A stretch of DNA of 64,000 nucleotides from Candidatus Bathyarchaeota archaeon (GCA_963733095.1 CAVTBV010000010.1:1-64000); one strand, 5' to 3'. Numbered from the stretch's first letter, positions 30,224-40,607 are shown. Translations and numbers: made by a program. The notes: generated from the letters alone by a model not told the origin.

Positions 30224-32600
30224 TTATTTCACCTGCTATTTGTTTTTTGAGTGCTTCTCGCTTTTCTGGTTTTATAGGTCCCATCTTTTTGATGCGTTCA
30301 ACAAAGGAGTCGAACAGGGCAAAAATTTTCTCATACTGTGGGAGAGTGGTGGTGATTGACTGTATCCTAAGAGATTCAACTCCAGCTTTGGTGAGTTCCT
30401 TTTTCATCTGGATGACACGTTCTCGCAATTTGTCTTCTTTGAATAGGCTGTCGTCGCCCTCTATGAGGAGCACACCGTCCGCGCCATTGGCAAAAGCATG
30501 AAGCAGATGTTTCGAGCCTAAACGCCCTGCACTTGGAACGCCTATAAGTCGCATTTCAGTGGGGTAAGGTCGCCTGTTTTGTCCACCTAAGTCTGCAGCA
30601 CCATAAGCTGTCTTTTTCTCGATAAATGCAACAATCTTTGGAGAAGATTCACCTTCAGAGCTAACCGCATCTATTTGAGCTATCAGTTGGGATTCAGTGG
30701 TATTCTTAAGGTCTATAGCGCCCTTCGGGCAGCCGGGAACGCAGACACCGCATCCTACACAGGATATCGGGTCAATAACCAGTTTGTCCTTTTCAATTTT
30801 TATAGCTTTAATCGGACACTGGTCTACGCAAACTCCGCAGAGATCGCATTTTTCGGGAATCACATAAGCAACTTCAGGAGAAACTGAAATTTCACCTCTT
30901 CCCAAGAATGTGGCGATTTTGGATGCTGTAGCCATAGATTCCATTGTAGTTTCTCGAATGTCTTTTGGACCCTGAGCTGTACCAGCGATAAAGATTCCTT
31001 CACGCTTGGTTTCAACACCTCTTAGTTTATGGTGAACTTCCAAGAAGAAGTTGTCAGGTCCAAGGTCAATACCAAGCATCTCACTTAGCTCTTTTGTTCC
31101 AGTGGGTGGAATTAATGCTGGACTTAGAACTACTAAGTCGAAGTTTTCTTCGATTTGTTTTCCGAGAATTGTGTCTTCTGCTCTAACTGTTAGTTGATTG
31201 CCGTTTGGGATTACTTCAGCTACTCGTCCTCTGACGAAAACCACGTTGTGCTCTCGGGCTTTGGCGTAGAATTCTTCGTAGCCTTTGCCATGCGCTCGCA
31301 AATCTGTGTAGAAAATCCATGATTCTGCGCCTGGAATTGACTTGTCAACCAGCAAAGAATGCTTTACGGCGTTCATGCATCCTATCTTACAGCAGTAGGG
31401 GACTCCGTTTTCGGTTGTTTGGCGGCTTCCAACACATAGTAGGAAAGCCACTTTCTTTGGCACTTCGCCGTTTGACGGCTTGTGGAGACCTTGCAGCATG
31501 AGCCTTTCAAACTGGATGCTCGTTACAACATCTGGATGGAGACCGTAGCTGTAGTTGCTGAATACTTTGGGGTCAACCATGTTGTAACCCGTGCTGACAA
31601 CCATGCTGCCGACTTTGAGGTCTATGAATTCATCTTTTTGATTAAAGTCGATTGCGTTGCCTTTACAGAATTTTTCGCAAATACGGCATACTCCGCGGGT
31701 ATGGTAGAGGCAGTATTCTTTGTCGATGACGTATGCGTTGGGGATAGCTTGCTTGAATGGGATGTAAATGGCTTTCTCCTGCAGCAACCCTTCTTCGTAT
31801 TTGCTTGGTTTCTTAACTGGACATTTATTAGCACATTCTCCGCAAGCTGTGCATTTTCCAAGAATTACGTTCCGCGGGGCGATCTTGATTTTTACTTCAT
31901 AATTTCCAGGTGTACCCTTTAAACCGACAACTTGAGCGTTAGTGTACACTTTGATGTTAGGATGTTGAGCTACGGACACCATTTTCGGCGTCAAAATACA
32001 TGCGGAACAGTCGAATGTTGGAAAAGTCTTGCTAAGTTGAGACATTCGACCACCGATACTTGGGTTTCTCTCTACAAGGTAAACTTTATAGCCTTTATCC
32101 GCGAGTTCCAACGCAGAGTAGATTCCAGCGATGCCGCCGCCGATTACCAGAGCGCTTTCATTAACCTTCATACTTTTAGGAGTTAGGGGCTCTAGGTGTT
32201 TTGCTCGAGCCACGGCACCCTCTACGAGGGCTATGGCTTTGCTTGTAGCTTTTTCTTTATCGTTGTGAACCCAACTGCAGTGCTCCCTGAGGTTTACCAT
32301 GTCAAGGAGATATGGGTTGAGTCCAACTGACTTTACCGCCTGTCTAAAAGTGTCCAAATGCATTCTTGGGGAACAAGAAGCCACGATTACGCGGTTAAGT
32401 TTATGTTCCTTTATCGCGTTTTTTATGGTGTCTTGGCCAGGATTACTGCAAACGTACTCTAATGTCTCAGCAACTTGAGTGTCATCAAGAGACTTTACGG
32501 CTTGTTTGACACGAGCAACATCAACGGTATCGCTGATGTTTCCTCCACAATGACAAATGAATACGCCAATTCGAGGCTTTTCTGACATTTCTGCACCCAT
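30213..32600 (-). CDS. hdrA: Heterodisulfide reductase subunit A fused to a degenerate MvhD domain
   Basis: VFICHCGGNI, CSPR, REHCSWVH, GGGIAG, TFPTFDCSAC, inserted and C-terminal ferredoxins, GPKDI; C-terminal AYGAADLGG..AFANGADGVL is MvhD-like. Confidence 0.92.
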   Translation of the reverse strand: MGAEMSEKPRIGVFICHCGGNISDTVDVARVKQAVKSLDDTQVAETLEYVCSNPGQDTIKNAIKEHKLNRVIVASCSPRMHLDTFRQAVKSVGLNPYLLDMVNLREHCSWVHNDKEKATSKAIALVEGAVARAKHLEPLTPKSMKVNESALVIGGGIAGIYSALELADKGYKVYLVERNPSIGGRMSQLSKTFPTFDCSACILTPKMVSVAQHPNIKVYTNAQVVGLKGTPGNYEVKIKIAPRNVILGKCTACGECANKCPVKKPSKYEEGLLQEKAIYIPFKQAIPNAYVIDKEYCLYHTRGVCRICEKFCKGNAIDFNQKDEFIDLKVGSMVVSTGYNMVDPKVFSNYSYGLHPDVVTSIQFERLMLQGLHKPSNGEVPKKVAFLLCVGSRQTTENGVPYCCKIGCMNAVKHSLLVDKSIPGAESWIFYTDLRAHGKGYEEFYAKAREHNVVFVRGRVAEVIPNGNQLTVRAEDTILGKQIEENFDLVVLSPALIPPTGTKELSEMLGIDLGPDNFFLEVHHKLRGVETKREGIFIAGTAQGPKDIRETTMESMATASKIATFLGRGEISVSPEVAYVIPEKCDLCGVCVDQCPIKAIKIEKDKLVIDPISCVGCGVCVPGCPKGAIDLKNTTESQLIAQIDAVSSEGESSPKIVAFIEKKTAYGAADLGGQNRRPYPTEMRLIGVPSAGRLGSKHLLHAFANGADGVLLIEGDDSLFKEDKLRERVIQMKKELTKAGVESLRIQSITTTLPQYEKIFALFDSFVERIKKMGPIKPEKREALKKQIAGEIIAK

Positions 32601-32867
32601 GAATTGATTTATTTTGGAGAATCACTGATTGGTCAAAATACATTTAGCTACTTAAAAAGATTACTTGGATAATTATCATTTTTAACATATTTATTGGAGC
32701 ATCATAAACACTAAAGATAGACGCGCGCACTAAATGCACGGAGTGAATTCTTTTGTCATACAGTTAGGTATACTAAGATGTGGCGATGTTTCTTAATTTG
32801 GCGGAAGTTCAAGAAATAGAGCCAAAACTTTTTCTGCAACAAAGGCAATTCTTCTCTGGCGTCTTGA

Positions 32868-34088
32868 ATGGCTAAATGGGCACATGAAATAATTCTTGAA
32901 AACATACCCCCATTTAGTTGGTTACCCAGAGGTTATAATGTTCTCCTGCAACTGATTCTGATGGAGATAGGGGGCACTTTACTAGCGCTCTTTCTGAATT
33001 TGCCTACACAATCCATTATTTTCGGTTCATTGGCTATATTTATAGTATCCATCTGGAGTTTTCTGATTTACCACATAGGCGTAACCATACACAAAATGGA
33101 ACCACCTTCCGCGCCTTTAGAAAAGAAAGTGGTCAAAAACTACCAAGAGACTCTTTTTAACCCCCGTCACTATGAATTGTATCTTGGATTTGCCGTTTTT
33201 GGTTTTCTTATCTTCTACCTTGTCTTCTTTGGTCAGCACCTTGTTAGTTATTGGCTAGGTGGAAAAGTTTCGCCAGCGCCCCTATTACTGATAGGCCTTG
33301 TCCTTTGGGATTTGTCATATCGTTTGGGTGTGGGCTTGTGGTCTGCCGCAATCGCTTTTAGACGCTCAATAAATTTTTTATTTGTTTATGAAACTCGCCC
33401 GAAAATGCGTTACACAGCCTATAGAGAACTGAACATTCTCAAAAAAATGGATAAAATAAATTTTGTCTTCGGACTTGTTACTCTATTACTGTATCCTTTA
33501 TTCAGTTTCGACTTACTCCTCTTCACAATACTCTTAATCTATTCAGGGGGGATCCTGTTTTTTTCAGCCGCGTCCCTGACGGCGATGGAACGTATTCACG
33601 GATTTCCACGAGAAGCCATTTGGCTTTTGGAGGAAGGTAAAGTGGCTTATATTGGAACATCCGATAAGAAGATGCAACCTCAATTAACGCCAGTAATCTT
33701 CGTTTTCGTTGGCAACTCACTATTCTTCATAACATCAAAAATTTCAAAGAAACTAAAAAATATACATGAAAACGACAAAATCGCGTTCCTCGTTGATTTC
33801 CGCGACGAGAAGAATTTATACAATAACCGTGCAGTCTTGTTTACGGGAAAAGCAAAAGTCTACGGGATTTTCGACGCGGTGGTAAATGTCATTAAGTTAG
33901 TAAGGACTAGAAGGGCTTTTTTTGACAAATATCCCGAGTATATGAATGAATACAAGAAGGAGGAGCGCAATCTACCTCTTGCTTGGAGAACTACCTTATT
34001 TGTAAGCCGAATACTCGTAGAGATGCAAACGGAAAAAATCGTGTATTGGCGGGAAGCAAGAGCAATGAAGCTTCCTTTGGGTGAATGA
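32868..34088 (+). CDS. Membrane protein (~6 TM) fused to a C-terminal PPOX/FDOR split-barrel domain
   Basis: Hydrophobic N-terminal ~240 aa, then VAYIGT..PQLTPVIF..SKKLKNI.EN.KIAFLVD..AVLFTGKA..FFDKYP. Confidence 0.8.
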   Translation: MAKWAHEIILENIPPFSWLPRGYNVLLQLILMEIGGTLLALFLNLPTQSIIFGSLAIFIVSIWSFLIYHIGVTIHKMEPPSAPLEKKVVKNYQETLFNPRHYELYLGFAVFGFLIFYLVFFGQHLVSYWLGGKVSPAPLLLIGLVLWDLSYRLGVGLWSAAIAFRRSINFLFVYETRPKMRYTAYRELNILKKMDKINFVFGLVTLLLYPLFSFDLLLFTILLIYSGGILFFSAASLTAMERIHGFPREAIWLLEEGKVAYIGTSDKKMQPQLTPVIFVFVGNSLFFITSKISKKLKNIHENDKIAFLVDFRDEKNLYNNRAVLFTGKAKVYGIFDAVVNVIKLVRTRRAFFDKYPEYMNEYKKEERNLPLAWRTTLFVSRILVEMQTEKIVYWREARAMKLPLGE

Positions 34089-34668
34089 CATGGAAAAATC
34101 AAAGCTCCCCCCTGAAATGATTGATGTCCTTACAACCAGTCAATTTGCTTATATATGCACAACCGACCAAGAAAACCAACCGCATATTACCCCGATGTTC
34201 TTTGTTTTCGACAACAAAACCAACGATATCTTTATCACGGCTTCATCTAACTCGAAGAAAATGCGCAACATCAGGTTTAATCCAAAAATCGCCCTGACGA
34301 TAGATATCAGAGACCCAGTGAACCCCTTCAACAACCAGGGAGTGATGGTTCAGGGCGAAGCTATTATTGAAAAAACTGAGGTAGCAACTGATAAAGAAAT
34401 ACCTTATGTCTCCATGTACTTTGGGTACAAACCGTTTGTTGAAACTGAGCTTAGAACTGAAGACGAGAAATTTTCTCAAGCATCTAAAGCCTTCTTGGAG
34501 AAATACCCTGTTCTCCAAGAAGCCCAATCTCCTGTGATTGTTGAAGCAAAAAAGTTTTCCGAGAACCTGATAAGAATTGTGCCGAAAAAGATTGTATTCT
34601 GGAGGGGCCCAAACTTCGTAACGGTCAATTTCAATAAACAGAAAAAACCTCCGCCTAGTTTTACTTAA
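34081..34668 (+). CDS. Pyridoxamine 5'-phosphate oxidase-like (FDOR, F420/FMN-binding) protein
   Basis: AYICT..PHITPMFF..SKKMRNI..NPKIAL.ID..GVMVQGEA..FLEKYP..IRIVPKK..W. Confidence 0.82.
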   Translation: MNDMEKSKLPPEMIDVLTTSQFAYICTTDQENQPHITPMFFVFDNKTNDIFITASSNSKKMRNIRFNPKIALTIDIRDPVNPFNNQGVMVQGEAIIEKTEVATDKEIPYVSMYFGYKPFVETELRTEDEKFSQASKAFLEKYPVLQEAQSPVIVEAKKFSENLIRIVPKKIVFWRGPNFVTVNFNKQKKPPPSFT

Positions 34669-34732
34669 CAAATGACCTCTGTATTTACGCCTAAATAAAA
34701 AAAGGTTTTCGAACAGTTGATTAATACATTTT

Positions 34733-36178
34733 TTAAACCGTCAATGCTTGAGCGATAATAGGAGCAACACCAAGACCGAGAATTATTGTTAATGAAACTG
34801 CGATTATTATAGCGATTATTTCTAGGTCTTTAATGCTTTCTTTCGCGGGTATGTTCTCATTTTGAGTCCCAGTAAGGAATATTGATCTTATTATTTGACC
34901 ATAGTAGCCAACTGATATTCCAGTGTTGATAATTGCTATGAGCGTGAGCCAAGGTGCAATTTGTATTGTGGAAATAAAGAGGTAGAGGAACTTGCTCCAG
35001 AAACCCAGCAATGGAGGCATACCGATCAAGCTGAGAAGAAGAATAGTTATGCCAATGGATAAAACTGGCATTTTTCTCCAAAGTCCGCCAATACTATTCA
35101 GGTCTGTTTGCATTCCTTTTCCCGATATATAAGCTAATGCAATGAAAATTCCGGAAGTAGCTAAAACATACATAGTGAGGTGGAGAGCTATTCCTTGAAC
35201 ACCGATTGCTGCTCCCGCCCCGCTTGTTGCTGCTGTGAAGCCAACTAAAATGTAGCCAATTTGTGCTATACTACTGTAAGCCATTATTCTTTGAACGTTT
35301 CGTTGGATTAGCGCTGCTATATTGCCAAATGTCATAGTAACTATTGAGAGAATAGAAAAGAGAATGAGCCATTTATCGCCTAAGGCTAATGCGAAGGGAT
35401 AAAGAATACGGAAAAGCGCCAGTACGCCAGCCACTTTTAATACAGTTGAAACAAAAGAAATAGTGATAGAGTTTACGCCGCCGTAGACATCAGGCAGCCA
35501 GCCGTGGAAGGGCACGATCCCAATTTTGAAGCCTATACCCACTATTATCATAATAATAGCAATTATGGTTAAGGGTAAGTTTGCAGAAGTAGCTACTTGA
35601 GCCATGGTAGCAAGGTCGGTTGTGGTACCTGTTAACCCGATTAGGAGGAAGACACCGAACATCAGAAAAACTGAAGCTGTTACCCCCATAAGCGCATATT
35701 TGCTCGCTCCTTCAAGCGCTGCTTCATCCTTCTTTATTGCGACAAGTGCATAAGCACCAACAGAGATGAGAGCCCAGCCTGCCAAAAGGAGGACCAAGTC
35801 GTTTACTGAGATTATATAGTAAACGCCCGCCGTTATTATTAGCAGTAATGAGAAGAAGCTGGGAGCTGTCGTCCAACCTTTGGTTTGCGTAAAAGAAGCG
35901 AGATTAACTATGAAGGATACAACACTTACTACAAGGAAGAGGAAGGCGCCGTAACTGTCAATTTTGAGTGCGCCGTTATAGATGAGTGATGAGCCTTGGT
36001 TTAGAGTTAAATACAGCAAGATAGCAGAAAGAATAATAGCTACCAGTGTTGCTGCTATGCTAGCATATTTGCTGAGTTTTACTTTTAATCCATAGTCTAT
36101 GGTTGGAACTACTAATCCAACTCCGATTAACGTAACTCCAAGAAAATCGACAATAGCTTCGATGGCAGTCATTGGCAT
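34733..36178 (-). CDS. nuoN: Complex I subunit N (antiporter-like)
   Basis: EGASKY, GFKIGIVPFHGWLPDVY, RIMAYSSIAQIGY, GMPPLLGFWSK. Confidence 0.9.
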   Translation of the reverse strand: MPMTAIEAIVDFLGVTLIGVGLVVPTIDYGLKVKLSKYASIAATLVAIILSAILLYLTLNQGSSLIYNGALKIDSYGAFLFLVVSVVSFIVNLASFTQTKGWTTAPSFFSLLLIITAGVYYIISVNDLVLLLAGWALISVGAYALVAIKKDEAALEGASKYALMGVTASVFLMFGVFLLIGLTGTTTDLATMAQVATSANLPLTIIAIIMIIVGIGFKIGIVPFHGWLPDVYGGVNSITISFVSTVLKVAGVLALFRILYPFALALGDKWLILFSILSIVTMTFGNIAALIQRNVQRIMAYSSIAQIGYILVGFTAATSGAGAAIGVQGIALHLTMYVLATSGIFIALAYISGKGMQTDLNSIGGLWRKMPVLSIGITILLLSLIGMPPLLGFWSKFLYLFISTIQIAPWLTLIAIINTGISVGYYGQIIRSIFLTGTQNENIPAKESIKDLEIIAIIIAVSLTIILGLGVAPIIAQALTV

Positions 36179-38236
36179 CTAAAGTATCCCCCACAAAAAT
36201 ATAATTAGTAATATCACGAAACCGATTACCAAAGACAGAAGGTAATGGTTGATTTTTCCTGACTGGATTTTTCTGAAAGAGTTAGAAAGTTTTAGTGCCA
36301 CTGTTACTGTAGCTTGGTTGTAGAAGCGGTCTATTCCGCCTGTTTCGAAGAATTTGAAGGTTCCTTGATATAGCTTACTTCCGCCGTTGACAAATATTTT
36401 GTAGTAGATCGCTTGGATATACCAACGGTCGTATAAGAAGCCATGAATCGCCTTGAATCCTTTGTTGACTGATAGCTGTTTTGCTATGACGGTTTGATAG
36501 TTTGGTTTGCCGTATAGTAGATAAGCTAATCCCAAGCCCAGCGCAAGGAGTGATAAGGATAAGCCGGTGCTTAACGGGTCAAGGGTTACCGTGAACGATG
36601 ACGATATATTCGTCAAGCCGAGTACGCTTCTGGTTAGTGCTGAGTAGAAGTCGCCTCCAATAAATACCCAAAAGAGGCCTAAAACTACGGTAGCTATTGT
36701 TAGAATGAAGTATGGAGCAAGCATCCTCATGGTTGTCTTATGTAACTTATGGTTTCCTGCCAATTCGGTTACATTCGCAGAGGGCTGGGTTTGGAAAGTT
36801 CGAAATACCATTCGAGCTGAATAGAAAGCTGTTATTGCTACAGTAGACACTGCGAGAGCTATTGGAATGACAAGGCCAGTCTGGAAAACACTTACAATCA
36901 CACTGTCTTTAGTCCAGAAACCCAGTAGGGGTGGTAAACCAGCCAAGCTAAGAGCTGAGATTAACATGGCAATAAACGTGTACTTCATGTATTTTGACAA
37001 GCCACCCATGTCAGTTATGAATCTTGAGCCTACACCATGAATAACTGCTCCAGCGGCGAGAAAGAGAGCTGCCTTAAAGATTGCATGGCTCATAAGTTGG
37101 TTAAAACTCGCTATGAAGCCAGTTGTAAAGTTAGGGATAAGCCCTGCAGCGCCAATTGCCACGAACATGTATCCAAGCTGGGAGGCTGTTGAAAAAGCCA
37201 GAATCAGCTTTAACTCTTTTGCCACGATTGCTTGTGTTGCCATCAAGAAGGCAGTGAAAGCACCAATGTAAACAACTATTGTGAAGAATATGATAACGCT
37301 TGAAGCTGAGAGAGGCATGGTGGCATTTAATATTTGAAAGACGATGAAGAAGATAGGCATGAATCTAAGCATAAAGAAAACCCCTGCTTTGACCATTGTC
37401 GCTGCATGAATTAAAGCACTAACAGGTGTTGGACCAGTCATGGCTGTTACAAGCCACTCATGGAATGGAAACTGTGCACTCTTAGCAAAAGCTCCTAAAC
37501 TAAAGAACATTAAAAATGGTAGCAGAAAACCACGCAAAGCCATAGTTGTGCCCCATGCAGCTGCGTTAGTGGCCATATCTGGAATGCTCAGGGAGTGCGT
37601 AAGAGCATATATTAGGGCTATTCCAGCAATGAACCCGACATCGCCTATGCGAGTAAAGATTAACGCTCGAACACCGCTGTGGCTTGGTGCGAACTCCATT
37701 GAAGTGCCCATTGCTTTTCGGCCCGGGTCACCTACCCAATCTTTCTTTTTGTCGGTAAACCAGTGTCCAATTAGCGCATAAGAAGCAAAACCAGTGCCTT
37801 CCCAGCCGATGAATGTTAGCAATAAGTTGCTTGACATTACGATAAGTAACATGCTGCCTGTGAAGAAAGTGAAGAAGAGCCAATACCTGCTTAATCCTGA
37901 ATCATCTTGCATGTATTTGGTGCTGTAAACGGAAATCAAGAAGCACAGCCAACTTACAAGGACTGCCATGAAGGCAGCCAGACTGTCAATATACAATCCG
38001 AAGTTAACACCTATCGCAGGAATCCAAGGAACGGAGAACTGGACAATACCGCTACTGCTCTGCAAGACAAGTACTAGTAGAACCGTTGAGGCAATCGCTG
38101 ATACAAAAAGCGAACCAACGGATACCAGATTTCTTAGCTTATTTTTGTTCAGTATTAGTGACAGGAAAAGTATGATGGCGGTCCCTACGAAAGGTGCTGC
38201 CCACGTTGCGTTAGCCGCTATTTCGTTTAAGCTCAT
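36179..38236 (-). CDS. nuoL: Complex I subunit L
   Basis: GWEGTG, RIGDVG, KSAQFPFHEWL..AMTGPTPVSALIHAATMVKAG, SHAIFKAALF, C-terminal QSG..HY. Confidence 0.93.
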   Translation of the reverse strand: MSLNEIAANATWAAPFVGTAIILFLSLILNKNKLRNLVSVGSLFVSAIASTVLLVLVLQSSSGIVQFSVPWIPAIGVNFGLYIDSLAAFMAVLVSWLCFLISVYSTKYMQDDSGLSRYWLFFTFFTGSMLLIVMSSNLLLTFIGWEGTGFASYALIGHWFTDKKKDWVGDPGRKAMGTSMEFAPSHSGVRALIFTRIGDVGFIAGIALIYALTHSLSIPDMATNAAAWGTTMALRGFLLPFLMFFSLGAFAKSAQFPFHEWLVTAMTGPTPVSALIHAATMVKAGVFFMLRFMPIFFIVFQILNATMPLSASSVIIFFTIVVYIGAFTAFLMATQAIVAKELKLILAFSTASQLGYMFVAIGAAGLIPNFTTGFIASFNQLMSHAIFKAALFLAAGAVIHGVGSRFITDMGGLSKYMKYTFIAMLISALSLAGLPPLLGFWTKDSVIVSVFQTGLVIPIALAVSTVAITAFYSARMVFRTFQTQPSANVTELAGNHKLHKTTMRMLAPYFILTIATVVLGLFWVFIGGDFYSALTRSVLGLTNISSSFTVTLDPLSTGLSLSLLALGLGLAYLLYGKPNYQTVIAKQLSVNKGFKAIHGFLYDRWYIQAIYYKIFVNGGSKLYQGTFKFFETGGIDRFYNQATVTVALKLSNSFRKIQSGKINHYLLSLVIGFVILLIIFLWGIL

Positions 38237-38237
38237 T

Positions 38238-39791
38238 TTAGATCAATCCTTGAAAGTTGCTGAAGAACTTTGTTAGAGGGTCGATGAAGATGCCTGGGAA
38301 GAAGAACAGCAAGACACCGACCACAGCAATTATTACGATCGGTATCAAGATTGCCTTATCAATTTTAAAATTATGAATTTCTGGTTGATCAGGTGATGGT
38401 TGACCGAAGAAGATGCGTCTCATTGTGACAAAGGCATATCCAGTTGATAGCCCGATAGCAACTATCAAGCCAATAACCAGAAGTATGAAACTGACTGACC
38501 CCAGGGCTTGGGCTCTGTTTACCGCACCGAAGACAATCATGACTTCACTCCAAAATCCAAGCGACGGAGGAATACCCGTTATCTGCATGAAGCCTAGAAG
38601 CGCCAAAGCCCCTGCTATGGGTAGTTTGACTGCCAAACCCCCCATCTTGCTGATGCTTCGCAAGCCGTTGAACTTGATAATGAGAAGCCCAGCTACGGAG
38701 AATAAAATTGCCTTGCCTACTGCATGGGTTACGTACTGAAGCATGGCTCCGGACATGCCAATGGTAGTCATGCTGGCAACGCCTAAAAGTAGGTAACCCA
38801 TTTGAGAGATGCTGGAGTATGCGAGCATTCTCTTAAAGTCATCCTGAGCTAGAGACATAAGACCGCCATAGATCATGGTGATTAAAGCAAGAACCATGAG
38901 ATAAACGGAAGCATCTGAGAGAACACTTGGAAACATGATAAAGACGACTCTGACAAGTGCGTATCCTCCGATTCCTATTAGACAAGGGGACAGAAGGGCT
39001 GAAACAGGTGTCGGAGATTCAGCATGGGCATAAGGTAGCCAGATGTGAACTCCAAAGACAGCCATCTTGATGAACAGCCCAATCATTATGGCTAGAGCTG
39101 CAAAGATTAGAATGGAGCTTGGCAACATAGTCCACAGAGACGTGTTAAACGTTAAGGTTTGTACGTTAAATATGTCAAAAGTCCCTGTATAGTAACCGAA
39201 AGTTAAAGATCCAATTAGGAAGAGCAGAGCACCGACGTGAGTCCAAATGAAGTACATGAAGGCAATTCTTTCGCGTTTTCCATACCCATAAAACATGATT
39301 AACAAAAAACTTGGAACCAAAGTTAGCTCCAAGAAGATGTAGAATTCAAGCAGATTTGTGGATAGTGTTATGCCTAGCATCGCCGCTGAGAACATTACAT
39401 ACAGCATGTAGTAGGTACCCCAGGAGGGTTCCTTGGAATTTTCCTTTTCCATTTCTTCAAAGCGATGCTTCATGTAAGGTACCGAGTAAAGAGAGATCAT
39501 AGTAGTTACCAGAGCGATTGAAAAAGCGATAGGACCACTTAGAGCATCAAGTAACATCGAAAATGAGCCAATGCGAGCGCTACTGAAGTAGACGGGATCT
39601 ATTACGCCCACACCTAATCCTGGAGCGAATAGAGAAATGGTAACTATAACTAGCGGATAAGCAAGCAGAAGAGTGCTTATAGTTGCCAGTGTTTTCGGCG
39701 CAACTTTTCGCCCAATTACAGGTAAGAGAAAAGCCGCTACAAGAGGAATGATAACAGCTGAAAGCAAGATTGGCTGACTTAACTCAATCAT
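38238..39791 (-). CDS. nuoM: Complex I subunit M
   Basis: FYIFLE, KMAVFGVHIWLPYAHAESPTPVS, KRMLAYSSISQMG, GFWSE. Confidence 0.92.
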   Translation of the reverse strand: MIELSQPILLSAVIIPLVAAFLLPVIGRKVAPKTLATISTLLLAYPLVIVTISLFAPGLGVGVIDPVYFSSARIGSFSMLLDALSGPIAFSIALVTTMISLYSVPYMKHRFEEMEKENSKEPSWGTYYMLYVMFSAAMLGITLSTNLLEFYIFLELTLVPSFLLIMFYGYGKRERIAFMYFIWTHVGALLFLIGSLTFGYYTGTFDIFNVQTLTFNTSLWTMLPSSILIFAALAIMIGLFIKMAVFGVHIWLPYAHAESPTPVSALLSPCLIGIGGYALVRVVFIMFPSVLSDASVYLMVLALITMIYGGLMSLAQDDFKRMLAYSSISQMGYLLLGVASMTTIGMSGAMLQYVTHAVGKAILFSVAGLLIIKFNGLRSISKMGGLAVKLPIAGALALLGFMQITGIPPSLGFWSEVMIVFGAVNRAQALGSVSFILLVIGLIVAIGLSTGYAFVTMRRIFFGQPSPDQPEIHNFKIDKAILIPIVIIAVVGVLLFFFPGIFIDPLTKFFSNFQGLI

Positions 39792-39792
39792 T

Positions 39793-40098
39793 TTAGCCTT
39801 TAGACTCCTTTAGTTCATAAACATCTGAACGTCTCTTGATACGATACATCAGCAGTGCAATGGAAACTAGAATTCCTACGTCAGCAACTGCGATTCCTGT
39901 AGCGATAACGGCAACAACTTCACCAGTAGCTGGCGAAGTTGATTGAGAAGCAAGTGCAACTAGTGCTAACATTGCAGCGTTGAAGTTGATCTCTGCGGCT
40001 AGCAACATTCGCAGCATGGTTCTTTTTGATATAATCCCGTACATGCCGATAGCGAATAAGATTGCAGATAATGTTAAGAAAAGAACAATTATGTCCAT
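39793..40098 (-). CDS. nuoK: Complex I subunit K
   Basis: LFAIGMYG, AEINFNA; 3 TMs. Confidence 0.9.
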   Translation of the reverse strand: MDIIVLFLTLSAILFAIGMYGIISKRTMLRMLLAAEINFNAAMLALVALASQSTSPATGEVVAVIATGIAVADVGILVSIALLMYRIKRRSDVYELKESKG

Positions 40099-40607
40099 TA
40101 TTGGTCCTCCTCCTTGCGGGCTATTGTTATAGCTTCAATCAAAGTTGTAATTAGAGCCAAAGCGGCTATTAGCAGGGCGAAACCATATTTTTGAGTCAAC
40201 AAGCTAGCGAGGTCCCTGAAACTAGTATACGAAAGCTGAAGCCCACTAGAAAAATGTAAGCCAAACCCTAGGGCGAGCAAGACTGCAACAAGTATTACAG
40301 AAACTAACGCAACTATGCGGACAGGAGTTTCAACTTTGGGAGCTTCCTCAAACATTGTCACTGAAAAGAGTATGAAAGTTACAGCTGCCCCGATGTAAAC
40401 TGAGACAAAAAATAGTGCGATGAAGGTAAAACCAAGTAACACGAAAAGCGCTGCATTTGCCATGCCCAATATGGCTAAGAAAACGACTGAGTATGTGAGT
40501 GATTTGTGCTCAACGACTAATATTGCGGAAATGACAGCAACAGCTGCAAGGAGAAGAAATAGTACGGTACCTGCATTAATGACAAGGGCAATATCAAGTG
40601 CTATCAT
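40098..40607 (-). CDS. nuoJ: Complex I subunit J
   Basis: VYIGA motif, about 5 TMs, operon position. Confidence 0.85.
   Translation of the reverse strand: MIALDIALVINAGTVLFLLLAAVAVISAILVVEHKSLTYSVVFLAILGMANAALFVLLGFTFIALFFVSVYIGAAVTFILFSVTMFEEAPKVETPVRIVALVSVILVAVLLALGFGLHFSSGLQLSYTSFRDLASLLTQKYGFALLIAALALITTLIEAITIARKEEDQ

Noticed and set aside
27637-32600. Evidence for methanogenesis or selenoproteins
   Set aside because: No mcr/mtr genes in the window and Hdr is widespread in non-methanogens. No in-frame TGA occurs at Cys positions; MvhD ligands are replaced by ordinary residues.
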